Source of the DNA: Candidatus Nomurabacteria bacterium
GTDB lineage: Bacteria; Patescibacteriota; Minisyncoccia; Phycocordibacterales; UBA9973
NCBI GenBank assembly: GCA_963842815.1
Contig: CAWJHU010000001.1
Span: 12,866 to 76,865 of the forward strand
Length of the DNA: 64,000 nucleotides
Direction: 5' to 3'
The notes under the pieces were generated by a model, which was not told the origin of the DNA, made no database searches, and saw only the letters and a list, made by a program, of their open reading frames with translations. Both the position numbers and the translations under genes were made by a program. Below, in pieces: positions 20,433 to 29,205 of the stretch (positions are counted from its first letter, which is position 1; the number at the start of each line of letters is the position of its first letter).

Positions 20433-21382
20433 AAAACTTTAATAAACAATTTTCCTTTGAACCTGAAATTAAAAATCGGGAACACCTTATAAAAAAAACA
20501 AGTTTTGTCGTCGTTGGTATGGGTGGCTCCGCTCTAGCTCCTCTACTTTTGAAAAAATGGAAACCGGAACTTGATGTCCTTATTCATCGGGATTATGGTT
20601 TGCCAAAAATTTCTGCGGAAAAATTAAAAAATAAGTTTATCATTCTGAGTTCCTACTCCGGCAATACGGAAGAAACGCTTGACGCTTTTGAAAAAGCAAA
20701 GGACGGCAATCTAGCAATGGCTATAATTTCAACCGGCGGTAAATTATTGGAGTTGGCCAAAAAAAATAATATTCCCTATATAGAATTGCCCAATACCGGT
20801 ATTCAGCCTCGGATGGCCTTGGGTTTATCCCTAAAAGCATTCTTAAAATTTATGGGAGAGGAAAATGCTCTGAAAGAAATCACTGAATTAGTGGAAAATT
20901 TTAATCCCGTTGACTTCGAGAAAGAAGGAAAATTGTTGGCGCAAAAATTGAAAAATCATGTGCCTGTTGTTTACTCCTCCAATCAAAATTTTTCTATTGC
21001 CTATAATTGGAAAATAAAACTGAATGAGACCGGCAAAATCCCCGCCTTCTGCAATACCCTGCCGGAATTAAACCACAATGAAATGACTGGTTTTGATATT
21101 AAAGATACTACCAAAGAATTAAGTAGCAAATTTTATTTTATTATTCTAAAAGACACCGAAGACAATCCAAAAATTTCAAAAAGAATGGAAATTCTAAAAA
21201 AATTATACGAAGGCCGTAACTTGCAAGTTGAAACAAAAGAGCTCAACGCGGAAAACATTTGGCATAAAATTTTTTCTTCCCTTGTTTTAGCCGATTGGGT
21301 TGCCTATTATACAGCTCTTGAATACGGACTGGAACCGGAACAGGTACCCATGGTGGAAGAATTCAAGAAACTTATTTCATAA
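20417..21382 (+). CDS. Bifunctional phosphoglucose/phosphomannose isomerase (SIS domain, archaeal-type)
   Basis: SIS motif 'VVGMGGSALAPLLL' and ~320-aa size. Confidence 0.6.
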   Translation: MYESIKNFNKQFSFEPEIKNREHLIKKTSFVVVGMGGSALAPLLLKKWKPELDVLIHRDYGLPKISAEKLKNKFIILSSYSGNTEETLDAFEKAKDGNLAMAIISTGGKLLELAKKNNIPYIELPNTGIQPRMALGLSLKAFLKFMGEENALKEITELVENFNPVDFEKEGKLLAQKLKNHVPVVYSSNQNFSIAYNWKIKLNETGKIPAFCNTLPELNHNEMTGFDIKDTTKELSSKFYFIILKDTEDNPKISKRMEILKKLYEGRNLQVETKELNAENIWHKIFSSLVLADWVAYYTALEYGLEPEQVPMVEEFKKLIS

Positions 21383-21388
21383 TTTAAA

Positions 21389-23116
21389 TTATTGTACCAA
21401 AGCGTACATCTTCGCTTTTGTTTTCGGACCGACAAGACCATCGGCTTTGAGACCATAGGCAGTCTGAAATTTCTTTACAGCAAGGAGAGTAGCCCGGCCG
21501 AATTTAGTGGTTTCTTTACCCAGTGATCCAGGACCCGATTGGGCTACAATATAACCGTTAGCATTTAAAAACTTCTGCAATTCTTTAACTGCTTCGCCTA
21601 TACTTCCATTTTTGAGAGTAATAGCGCCAAAATTATAAATTATTTGTCCTAAGATATTTGAAGGGGTTGCTGTCACCATGATTGTCGTTCCGTTTTCCCC
21701 ACATGGCTGGCCTATGGTAGTGCTAAATAAATTACCGACTGGACATCCGGCAATTGTCGGAGTAGTTGGATTAATTGGAATTGGAGGCAGATTTGAAACA
21801 GGAGAAGGAATTGTTGTGGCCGGGGTGGTTGTTGAGGTTATCGGGGTGGTTGTGGCCGGGGTGGTTGTTGAGGTTATCGGGGTGGTTGTGGGTGCAATAT
21901 CAACATACGGTCTTTTGTGTTTCTGAACTGTCGGCGCTGCTTCAAAGAGCCAACCTGTGTTGCTATCTGCTTCATTGATTGAATTTGCTCCGGCATAAAA
22001 GGTTGTCCCGCCGGTAGCAATCGAATTGTATATATCAAGATAGTCGCTATTTACTATTCCCAAAGATTGAGAAATGGTAAATGGGTTAGTATCATCGTCG
22101 CTATCCAGGGTAATAAGATTATCTGCTGTTCCCGACACATCAAATGTCGTAACGGTTTGAGTGGTTCCATTGGTGAAAATCAAGGAGTGGGCCGCAGTTC
22201 CATCATCTTTGAAATCGTTGAAAGTGTTTGAACCTTGGATATAAATCGTACCTGTCCCCGCTCCGGTAAACCAGATATTGTTGTAGGTTTTGCCAACTTC
22301 GGGTGTCTCATTATTATCAACAAACTGAAAAGTTTTAGAATTTTCGCTTGCATCGGTAAATTTAATGATAGAAGTTTCGGGATATATGTTGACAACTTCA
22401 TTATTATTTTGAGCAACAGTCCAAATTGGAGAGTCATAATAATTATTATCGTTTCCGGTCGCTTCCCAGGTGCCACTCCCCATATAAACTGTTGGGGTAA
22501 GCCCTGTATCAGCATAGAAATAAAAATTGTTTGCCGTGATGTTGTGGTTGTTAGCATTAAAAGTGCCGTTCGCTTGCAAAAATTGTCCCGTGACAGTTAA
22601 GTTGTCTTGTAGTGTCCAACCACCAATACCTACAATTCCTAAGTCAAGAATAATGTCTCCATTGGTGGTTATCGTTTGACCGGGAGTTGTTGCTTGTAGG
22701 CGAAAAGAAGTCGTACCGGCAAAAGTTAAACCACTTTCTAATGCTAAAGAACCCGAAACATTTAAACCATAGTAATTAGCACCATCATCAATGGTATAAC
22801 TATGCCCTACAGTAGAAGTAAAATTATTCATAAGAGCACTAAAATCTAGAGTTATCGTTCCCTCTCCACTGTTAAGTCCGGAATTGGAATCAAAATAAAC
22901 ATTATTGGAAGAATCCGGGGCGCTCGCACCGGAAGAACCTCCTGAAGTTGTGCTCCAATGGTCCGTATCTGACCAACTGCCGGAACCACCTACCCAATAT
23001 CTATTTGTGCCATCTGCTCTTGCAACTTTTGCCCAGTCAGTAAAACCTAAACTGATGGCAAAAATAAAGATTGCCATAATTAGAGCTAAGTTTTTTAATT
23101 TATATAATTTTTTCAT
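21389..23116 (-). CDS. Secreted Thr/Asn/Gly-rich surface protein with Thr-Pro tandem repeats and a C-terminal peptidoglycan-binding (PG_binding_1-like) domain
   Basis: Signal peptide, and a 39-nt DNA tandem repeat at 21822-21899 encoding TPITSTTTPATT x2. The C-terminus 'LQKFLNANGYIVAQSGPGSLGKETTKFGRATLLAVKKFQTAYGLKADGLVGPKT' matches a PGBD. Confidence 0.65.
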   Translation of the reverse strand: MKKLYKLKNLALIMAIFIFAISLGFTDWAKVARADGTNRYWVGGSGSWSDTDHWSTTSGGSSGASAPDSSNNVYFDSNSGLNSGEGTITLDFSALMNNFTSTVGHSYTIDDGANYYGLNVSGSLALESGLTFAGTTSFRLQATTPGQTITTNGDIILDLGIVGIGGWTLQDNLTVTGQFLQANGTFNANNHNITANNFYFYADTGLTPTVYMGSGTWEATGNDNNYYDSPIWTVAQNNNEVVNIYPETSIIKFTDASENSKTFQFVDNNETPEVGKTYNNIWFTGAGTGTIYIQGSNTFNDFKDDGTAAHSLIFTNGTTQTVTTFDVSGTADNLITLDSDDDTNPFTISQSLGIVNSDYLDIYNSIATGGTTFYAGANSINEADSNTGWLFEAAPTVQKHKRPYVDIAPTTTPITSTTTPATTTPITSTTTPATTIPSPVSNLPPIPINPTTPTIAGCPVGNLFSTTIGQPCGENGTTIMVTATPSNILGQIIYNFGAITLKNGSIGEAVKELQKFLNANGYIVAQSGPGSLGKETTKFGRATLLAVKKFQTAYGLKADGLVGPKTKAKMYALVQ

Positions 23117-23162
23117 TGCAACACTAGTATTATACTATTTTTTAAAAAAAAGAAATGCGAAA

Positions 23163-23390
23163 ATTTGCGGTGTATGTTGGACAAAGTTCGAAACTATTTC
23201 GAGCTAAATCCAAATGATTAAAGCTAATGTGTACGCTCGACGTTATTCTTAATTTTAATATATCCACTACGCTCGGCTAATATGCTAATTCAAATGGACT
23301 CGGAAAATGGAAACAAATATTTTGGGGATTAGGATTTCCATTTTCCTCGACTGTATCTTTTGGCGAGATTCCGAATTCTGCCCGCAGGAG
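23163..23390. repeat. Left arm of an ~228-bp near-perfect inverted repeat (partner at 31588-31816)
   Basis: Direct comparison: the reverse complement of 31588-31816 matches 23163-23390 with only a handful of mismatches. Each arm also contains an internal 12-bp hairpin (ggaaaatggaaa...tttccattttcc). Confidence 0.9.
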
Positions 23391-23439
23391 AAATTCAAGT
23401 TCAAAATTCAAAACATTGTCTCGGGCAATTATACCATTT

Positions 23440-23880
23440 TTCTATTTTGGTGGTTACGCAAAGTTTTTGAGGTGCACCCTCGGCATCCGCCTCGGGCGTT
23501 TCCGCTAGGGCTACGAGTGCCTAGATGCCTATGAGCGGGCAAGCAAAATAACCGAACGGCTCAAATACCAGGAAATGAGCCGTTCACTAGATTGCCCGCA
23601 ACTTCTTGGGGAGAGGAAGTTTCCTCTCCCCGGGTCGGGCTCTCCTCGATTACGAGGAGTCTGCCCTCGCCATCCCCACTCTACGTTTTTCAATATTATG
23701 TTTGGTGTGTAGCTTTCGCTGTGAAGATTAGTATTTCAATTCGGGTCAGGCACTCGTCCTTTAGTCATGGACACCCTAGCGGAAATGCCCGAGGCGAAAT
23801 ACTCGTGCTTGCCCCGAGTTTTGCGATTACGCAAAACTCTACCCACCCGTGCGTGCACGCAAAATCACTCCCTTATTTTT
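23440..23880. other. GC-rich, densely self-complementary ~440-bp non-coding region (candidate structured RNA or recombination site)
   Basis: Visibly GC-rich compared with its surroundings. It contains a perfect hairpin ggggagagga-agtt-tcctctcccc, ctcctcg-atta-cgaggag, ttgcg-atta-cgcaa, and a long-range pairing of 23480-23518 with 23746-23795. No convincing ORF is present. Confidence 0.5.
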
Positions 23881-23883
23881 AAA

Positions 23884-24507
23884 TTAAATTCTTGAATACG
23901 AAACCGCATGTCCAGTTTTTCCAACTTGCTTGATTTTATTTTCTTTTTCCAAGATTGAAAGATATCGAGTTGCAGTTGCGTCAGAAATATGCAAAAACTT
24001 TTCTACTTCATCATTCGTGATTTTAGATTTTTTCAGAAACATTGCCATAACTTTATCCAACTTTTTCCTTTTTCGGAATTGAATTGCATTTTTTGCTTTA
24101 TTTAATAATTCAAGAACTTTGTTTTTATTTGGAATTATTACGGGAACAGGTTCAGGTTTGATCGGCTCAGGTTCAGAAGCCAACGGCTCATTTACTGGTA
24201 TTTGAGCCGTTCGGGTTTCAGAAGTTTGCACAGGTTTAGAAATTCCTTCAGCTTTTCCGCCTTCGGCGGGTAATTCTTCGGGTTTTGCTTCTTCAGGGCT
24301 AGGGGTAGAAATAGGCTCATTTTGAGGATTGTCATTATTAAGGGAAACGGGTATATCTGCGTTTTTAGGGGATTCTGGGGCTTCAGGGGGCATATTTGAG
24401 GGTTCAGAACCCTTTGCATCTATGGGTATATCAGCCATAGGCTCTTGAGGGCTTATTGGAATAGAGTTTTCTTCTGAAATTGGGTTTTGGGTAGTTTCAT
24501 CGGGCAT
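23884..24507 (-). CDS. Putative DNA-binding protein with a Pro/Glu-rich disordered N-terminus and a C-terminal winged helix
   Basis: The C-terminus 'ITNDEVEKFLHISDATATRYLSILEKENKIKQVGKTGHAVSY' is wHTH-like. Confidence 0.45.
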   Translation of the reverse strand: MPDETTQNPISEENSIPISPQEPMADIPIDAKGSEPSNMPPEAPESPKNADIPVSLNNDNPQNEPISTPSPEEAKPEELPAEGGKAEGISKPVQTSETRTAQIPVNEPLASEPEPIKPEPVPVIIPNKNKVLELLNKAKNAIQFRKRKKLDKVMAMFLKKSKITNDEVEKFLHISDATATRYLSILEKENKIKQVGKTGHAVSYSRI

Positions 24508-24535
24508 AACATGTAAATTATATACTATATCTAAA

Positions 24536-25339
24536 TTAAGTGTTTCGTTTTAAGAAATAAATTAAAACAAAAATCGCCAGCATTATCAAAACTATCGTTC
24601 CGCCAGTAGAAAGATTTAGATAAAAAGATAAAAATATTCCGGATATAACCGAGAACAAAGAAACAAGTTCTGCATATAGAATAGTTTGAGTAAAACTTTT
24701 TCGAAGTTGTAAGGCAGTAACTACTGGTATGACAATTAGGGCGGCGATAAGTAAAACTCCGACAATAGGAATTGAAAGAGAGACAGTCACAGCAGAAAGT
24801 ACAATTAAAATTGTATTAATAAATTTCGTCGGTATACCGCTTACTTTAGCCGCATCTTCATCAAAAGTAACAAATACAAGTTCCTTGTAAAATGCAAAAA
24901 GTGTCCCAATGACGATAATCGCTAGAATTAAAATCGTATAAACGTCATTTTGAGTAACTGTAACGATGCTTCCAAAAAGATAATTAAATAGATTGGTATT
25001 AAAACCATGAGCCAAGCTAAGTATTACTATTGCTAATGCGAGACTCCCAGAAAGGAAAAGAGCCAAAGCAGATTCACCGTAAACTCTTTTAGAATTTCTT
25101 AATTTTTCAATTCCCAAAGAAGCGACAACTGTTACTCCAAGCGCAGTTAAGATTGGATTTAAACCAAAAAGCAAAGCGATGGCAATGCCTGCGAGCGATA
25201 CGTGAGAAAGCGTATCAGCTATCAATGAATAGCGTCTTAATACCAAAAAAATACCGATCAAAGGAGCTATCACAGCTATTATTATCCCTGCTTCTAGTCC
25301 TCTTATGACAAATCCATATTGAAAAATATTTAAAAGCAT
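24536..25339 (-). CDS. znuB: Zinc/manganese ABC transporter permease (ZnuB-like, ABC-3 family)
   Basis: 267-aa polytopic membrane protein adjacent to the ATPase and the TroA-like binding protein. Confidence 0.75.
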   Translation of the reverse strand: MLLNIFQYGFVIRGLEAGIIIAVIAPLIGIFLVLRRYSLIADTLSHVSLAGIAIALLFGLNPILTALGVTVVASLGIEKLRNSKRVYGESALALFLSGSLALAIVILSLAHGFNTNLFNYLFGSIVTVTQNDVYTILILAIIVIGTLFAFYKELVFVTFDEDAAKVSGIPTKFINTILIVLSAVTVSLSIPIVGVLLIAALIVIPVVTALQLRKSFTQTILYAELVSLFSVISGIFLSFYLNLSTGGTIVLIMLAIFVLIYFLKRNT

Positions 25340-26107
25340 TTAATTATGGCGATGGTTAGTGATAATTTTTATGTCTTGACCGGGAATATTTTCAAGTTCA
25401 CTTGATTTCAAAAATTCTTCCACCGATGTATGAGAAACGAGGGTATAATCCACACAGGCAATATGCATTGCTTCTTTGATTATCCTATCTACATCATGAG
25501 TGACTAGAACTAAAGTCAAATCAAGCTCTTTGTTTAATTTTCTTAAGATATCATAAAAATCATCTTGAGATTTTTTATCAATTCCAGTTGTCGGTTCGTC
25601 TAAAAAAATTATTTCCGGTCGTCCTGCCAGAGCTCGAGCGATAAAGACGCGTTGCTGTTGACCTCCTGACAAATCGCCGATTAAACGATCTTTGAAATTC
25701 CACATCTCTACTTGTCTCAGCGACTCTTCTATAATTTTTTTATCTTGTTTGTCAGTGCCGTGGAGTAATCCCTTTTTTGCGAATCTTGCCATAGCCACGA
25801 CTTCTTTCACTGTGGCGGGGAAATTTACATCAAAATTAGTCGCTTTTTGTGGAACATAGCCGATTTTTGACCAATCCTTGAATTTTTTAATATCTTCTCC
25901 AAATATTTTAATTGAACCTTTGACTGGATTTAAAAGTCCAAGAATTATTTTTATCAAAGTTGTTTTTCCTGCGCCGTTCGGACCGACAATACCAATATAA
26001 TCTCCCTTGTGTATATCAAGGGTAATATTGCTCAACACCTCATCGTTATTATAACTAAATGAGATATCTTTAATTTCTATTATGTTTTTTGAGTGATCTA
26101 CTTGCAT
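25340..26107 (-). CDS. znuC: Zinc ABC transporter ATP-binding protein (ZnuC-like)
   Basis: Walker A 'GPNGAGKTT', ABC signature 'LSGGQQQR', and Walker B 'IIFLDEP'. Confidence 0.85.
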   Translation of the reverse strand: MQVDHSKNIIEIKDISFSYNNDEVLSNITLDIHKGDYIGIVGPNGAGKTTLIKIILGLLNPVKGSIKIFGEDIKKFKDWSKIGYVPQKATNFDVNFPATVKEVVAMARFAKKGLLHGTDKQDKKIIEESLRQVEMWNFKDRLIGDLSGGQQQRVFIARALAGRPEIIFLDEPTTGIDKKSQDDFYDILRKLNKELDLTLVLVTHDVDRIIKEAMHIACVDYTLVSHTSVEEFLKSSELENIPGQDIKIITNHRHN

Positions 26108-27018
26108 TGTAGCGCTATTCTTAAATTAGTTAAATTATTTTGCATTTCAGTTAAATAATTATTACCTTGCGCTATTTCGTCATTACTCAAACCCTCTATC
26201 GGATTTAACACTAGAGTTTTTGCTCCGACTTCTGTTGCGATAGTATCAGCCAATTTTGGACTAACTAAACTTTCAAAAAATATATATTTTACGTTATTGG
26301 CTTTGGCAAATTTTACAATATCTGCTAATTGTGCGGGTGATGGTTCGGCGTCAGGAGAAAGACCGGTGATTGATACTTGGTTAAGCCCATATGATGAAGA
26401 CAGATAACCAAAAGCGGCGTGAGAGGTGATAATATTTTTTTCCGAACAACTGCTTAATCCTTGTTTGTATTCTTTATCTAAATTATCCAATTTCGTTTTT
26501 AATGTATTTGTATTTGTTTTATAAAATTCCGTATTTACTGGATCAACTTGAACAAAACTTCCGGCAATTTTATCTACCATTTCTTTTGCAAGTTGTGGAC
26601 TCAACCAAACATGAGGATCAATAACATTATTTCCATTTTCTAGTACTTTTTGATTGGTTAAATTTTGTCCTGCGATTACTACAGTAGTTTTTTGAGGATC
26701 GATATTTTTCTGTATATTATCTCCCCAAGCTTCTAATCCTCCACCATTTAAAACAAGGAGTTTACTATTGTCTATTTGAGCTATATCTAAAGCAGTAGGC
26801 TCATAGTCGTGTGGTTCAGCCCCAGCGGGAGTTATATTCACCACATTTGCTTTATCTCCACCTATTTGGCTTGAAAAGAAATAGAGCGGATAAAAACTCG
26901 TTGTCACTTGTAGTTTATTTGACTGTGCTGTTGGTTTTTGTGCACTATTTATAATAAGAGTTAAAATACCAATAAAAACTACTCCCATTACTAAACCCAA
27001 TAAATATTTTTTATTCAT
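26098..27018 (-). CDS. znuA: Zinc ABC transporter substrate-binding protein (ZnuA/TroA-like)
   Basis: Signal/anchor N-terminus, metal-ligand His/Asp positions ('EPHDYEPT', 'DPHVWLSP'), and its position in the operon. Confidence 0.8.
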   Translation of the reverse strand: MNKKYLLGLVMGVVFIGILTLIINSAQKPTAQSNKLQVTTSFYPLYFFSSQIGGDKANVVNITPAGAEPHDYEPTALDIAQIDNSKLLVLNGGGLEAWGDNIQKNIDPQKTTVVIAGQNLTNQKVLENGNNVIDPHVWLSPQLAKEMVDKIAGSFVQVDPVNTEFYKTNTNTLKTKLDNLDKEYKQGLSSCSEKNIITSHAAFGYLSSSYGLNQVSITGLSPDAEPSPAQLADIVKFAKANNVKYIFFESLVSPKLADTIATEVGAKTLVLNPIEGLSNDEIAQGNNYLTEMQNNLTNLRIALQCK

Positions 27019-27021
27019 AAA

Positions 27022-27459
27022 TTATTTTTTAACACATGATTTACATAAACCAAAAAAATCAAAAGTATGATTTGTGATTTCTGCAAAATCGGGCGTTTGT
27101 TTTAATACTTTGCTAATAATATTTTTTGAACCGCATTCAATAAAATCCTTCACCTTGTCGCATTTGATACACACGATATGGTGATGATGATTTCTTGAGG
27201 CAAGTTCGTACCATCTTTTATTGCCTGTTAATTGTATTTCTAAAATAATACCTTCTTTCTTTAATAGATTAAGCTCACGATATAGAGTAGTTTTGTTTGC
27301 AGATATTTTATTCTTTTTGAGTAACTTCTGAAAATCAGAAGCGGAAAGTGGCTTATCGTTTTTACTAAGCGAATTCAAAACAAAATTTCGCATAGCGCTA
27401 AATCTGTGTCCTCTTTTTTTTAGTTTCAATAAAATGCCCTTTTCTTCAGCCATGCACAC
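27022..27459 (-). CDS. zur: Fur-family metalloregulator, probably Zur
   Basis: N-terminal wHTH and a C-terminal 'HHHHIVCIKC...C' metal site. It lies immediately upstream of znuABC. Confidence 0.75.
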   Translation of the reverse strand: MCMAEEKGILLKLKKRGHRFSAMRNFVLNSLSKNDKPLSASDFQKLLKKNKISANKTTLYRELNLLKKEGIILEIQLTGNKRWYELASRNHHHHIVCIKCDKVKDFIECGSKNIISKVLKQTPDFAEITNHTFDFFGLCKSCVKK

Positions 27460-27465
27460 ATCTTA

Positions 27466-27490
27466 ACGCAACCGTGTTGCGTTTGTCAAG
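27466..27490. promoter_or_regulatory. Putative Zur/Fur operator palindrome (aacgcaac-cgt-gttgcgtt) just upstream of zur
   Basis: Perfect 8-3-8 inverted repeat, 7-30 nt upstream of the zur start on the transcribed side. Confidence 0.5.
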
Positions 27491-27580
27491 AACATATTTT
27501 TATTATTTCAAAATTAATCTTTGAGGAAAATCGGCATTTCTGCATGTTTAGAGTATATCAAAAGTTAAATTAAATAAAAA

Positions 27581-27612
27581 AATAAAGAGGCAACATTCGT
27601 TGCCTCTTTATT
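27581..27612. terminator. Bidirectional intrinsic terminator hairpin (aaagaggcaac-attcg-ttgcctcttt)
   Basis: 11-bp perfect stem flanked by an A-run and a T-run. It lies downstream of the minus-strand 66-aa gene. Confidence 0.6.
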
Positions 27613-27639
27613 TCGCTATTCCGTTTTCCAGAACCTGTT

Positions 27640-27840
27640 TCATTTTCTGTTATAAGGGGATTGGTTCGTTGGATGAAGTGAGATATTTTTCTCACTTGCC
27701 TTTGAGTATACAGCTTCGGGAGTTCTACCTATCTTTAAACTAATGACCCCCGTAGGAGTATTTTTACTCGCAAGCGTTCTTAATTGCTGAACATCTTCTC
27801 TGGTCCAATGTTTGCCAGAATTTCGATTATATTTAGCCAT
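27640..27840 (-). CDS. Small hypothetical protein (66 aa)
   Basis: ORF followed by a terminator. I recognise no motif. Confidence 0.4.
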   Translation of the reverse strand: MAKYNRNSGKHWTREDVQQLRTLASKNTPTGVISLKIGRTPEAVYSKASEKNISLHPTNQSPYNRK

Positions 27841-27874
27841 AAATTACGAAGAATAGTTAATAATAAACAAATTG

Positions 27875-28168
27875 CTATGCTCTACATTCGGGCAATTTTA
27901 GAAGATTGTCCGTTTTCACATCATCAGGTATGGTTTTTACATACTTAGTGCCAAGCGCAGTAATTCCCGTAATAAGGTATGCCTTATTACCATACGCGTC
28001 TTTAACATATGCTTGATTTCCAGCTTTCACGAAATCATATATTTCAAGGCGAGTCGATTTTCCTGTTTCTTGAGAATTTTCATTGATCCACCCTAAGTCT
28101 GTAATTGCAGTATAGGGATTTTCATGATTACCCCCGTCTTTGTTGATACAAATAATTTTAACAGCCAT
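27875..28168 (-). CDS. DUF3892-like small protein
   Basis: 'ICINKDGG...GWINE...KAYLIT...DDVKTDNLLKLPEC' matches my recollection of the DUF3892 pattern. Confidence 0.45.
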   Translation of the reverse strand: MAVKIICINKDGGNHENPYTAITDLGWINENSQETGKSTRLEIYDFVKAGNQAYVKDAYGNKAYLITGITALGTKYVKTIPDDVKTDNLLKLPECRA

Positions 28169-28275
28169 AATTTTTTATTTGGTTACGTTATTGTTTTTAT
28201 AATCTCGACCTTTGTAAATAATTCACTTATTTATCTCTCCAAACATATTTCTTCCCAAAAGGAGCTATTGGTTTT

Positions 28276-28404
28276 ATGGGTCTGATTTGCGGAATTTTGG
28301 GTATTGGTGGTATTCTTGGGATGCGTGGAATTTTCGGTATACTAGGAATTTTTGGAAAAAACTTTGGGTCTTTTGTTAATCTCCATGGCATAAAGTTTAT
28401 TTAA
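28276..28404 (+). CDS. Unannotated small ORF: 42-aa Gly-zipper hydrophobic peptide (MGLICGILGIGGILGMRGIFGILGIFGKNFGSFVNLHGIKFI)
   Basis: AGGAG sits 8 nt upstream of the ATG. The peptide is a strongly hydrophobic GxxxG-repeat. It lies in the lexA-like/DUF3892 intergenic region and is too short for the ORF track. Confidence 0.45.
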   Translation: MGLICGILGIGGILGMRGIFGILGIFGKNFGSFVNLHGIKFI

Positions 28405-28556
28405 AATGTTTATTTATAATGATAATTCTGTCGAGTTCATAGTTTTTAAAAAACTATCAGAATTATTGCCCATTTCAGAATCTATTGATAATCAAAGATA
28501 TAAACTGTGGATAACTAGGGCTTGTTTAGGTTATCTTTAGGTAGTATACTCTAAAT

Positions 28557-29186
28557 ATGTATAAAAAGTCAAGTATTATAGGAATAGGAAAACCATCAAA
28601 ACGTCAAACTGAGATACTTCAGTTTGCTAGGGAGTATCGAAGAGAAAATGGGTACTCTCCAGTCCTTTCGGAAATGGCCAAACATTTTAATGTGTCAATT
28701 CCAACAATCCATCAGCATATTGATTCTTTGCGAAAGAAAAATCTCCTTACTGTTGAAAAAGGAAAAAAAAGATCTATCCAAGAACTTCGCAACCCACAAC
28801 TGCTAGTTGCTGAAATTCCTTTAATGGGGATTATTTCTGCCGGAGGTCCTATTGAAGCAATTAGAGATCCAAAACCAATTGAAGTTCCAAAAAATATGCT
28901 TTCAAGTGGTTCAAATTATTATGCATTAAAAGTTTCTGGACGGAGTATGATTGAGGAAGGAATATCAGATGGAGATATTGTAATAATACGAGAACAGTCA
29001 ACAGTCGATGATGGAGAAAAGGCTGTTGCGTATATGCCAGATAGAAATGAGGTTACATTAAAAAAAATTTATCGAGAAAAAGATCGCATAAAACTTGTTC
29101 CGGCGAATAAATACATGGAACCTTTTTATGAAACAAATGTTGAAATACAAGGAAAGGTTATGGGAGTACTTAGGAAAGAAATTTAA
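28557..29186 (+). CDS. LexA/CI-like autocleaving repressor (HTH + S24 peptidase domain)
   Basis: N-terminal wHTH, and a C-terminal S24 fold with Ser in 'VSGRSMIEEG' and Lys in 'TLKKIYR'. Confidence 0.75.
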   Translation: MYKKSSIIGIGKPSKRQTEILQFAREYRRENGYSPVLSEMAKHFNVSIPTIHQHIDSLRKKNLLTVEKGKKRSIQELRNPQLLVAEIPLMGIISAGGPIEAIRDPKPIEVPKNMLSSGSNYYALKVSGRSMIEEGISDGDIVIIREQSTVDDGEKAVAYMPDRNEVTLKKIYREKDRIKLVPANKYMEPFYETNVEIQGKVMGVLRKEI

Positions 29187-29205
29187 TAAATGTTAAAATA
29201 ATTTT

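Noticed and set aside
23307-23882. ORFs 23307-23534 and 23592-23882 as protein-coding
   Set aside because: They lie within the inverted-repeat arm and the GC-rich structured block. They have no RBS, and their sequence is dominated by hairpin-forming palindromes.
28290-28370. Direct repeats 'ggaatttt(g/c)ggtat' as repressor-binding iterons upstream of the LexA-like gene
   Set aside because: The periodicity is explained by the codon repeat (G-I-L / G-I-F) of the unannotated 42-aa peptide ORF, not by a separate operator array.
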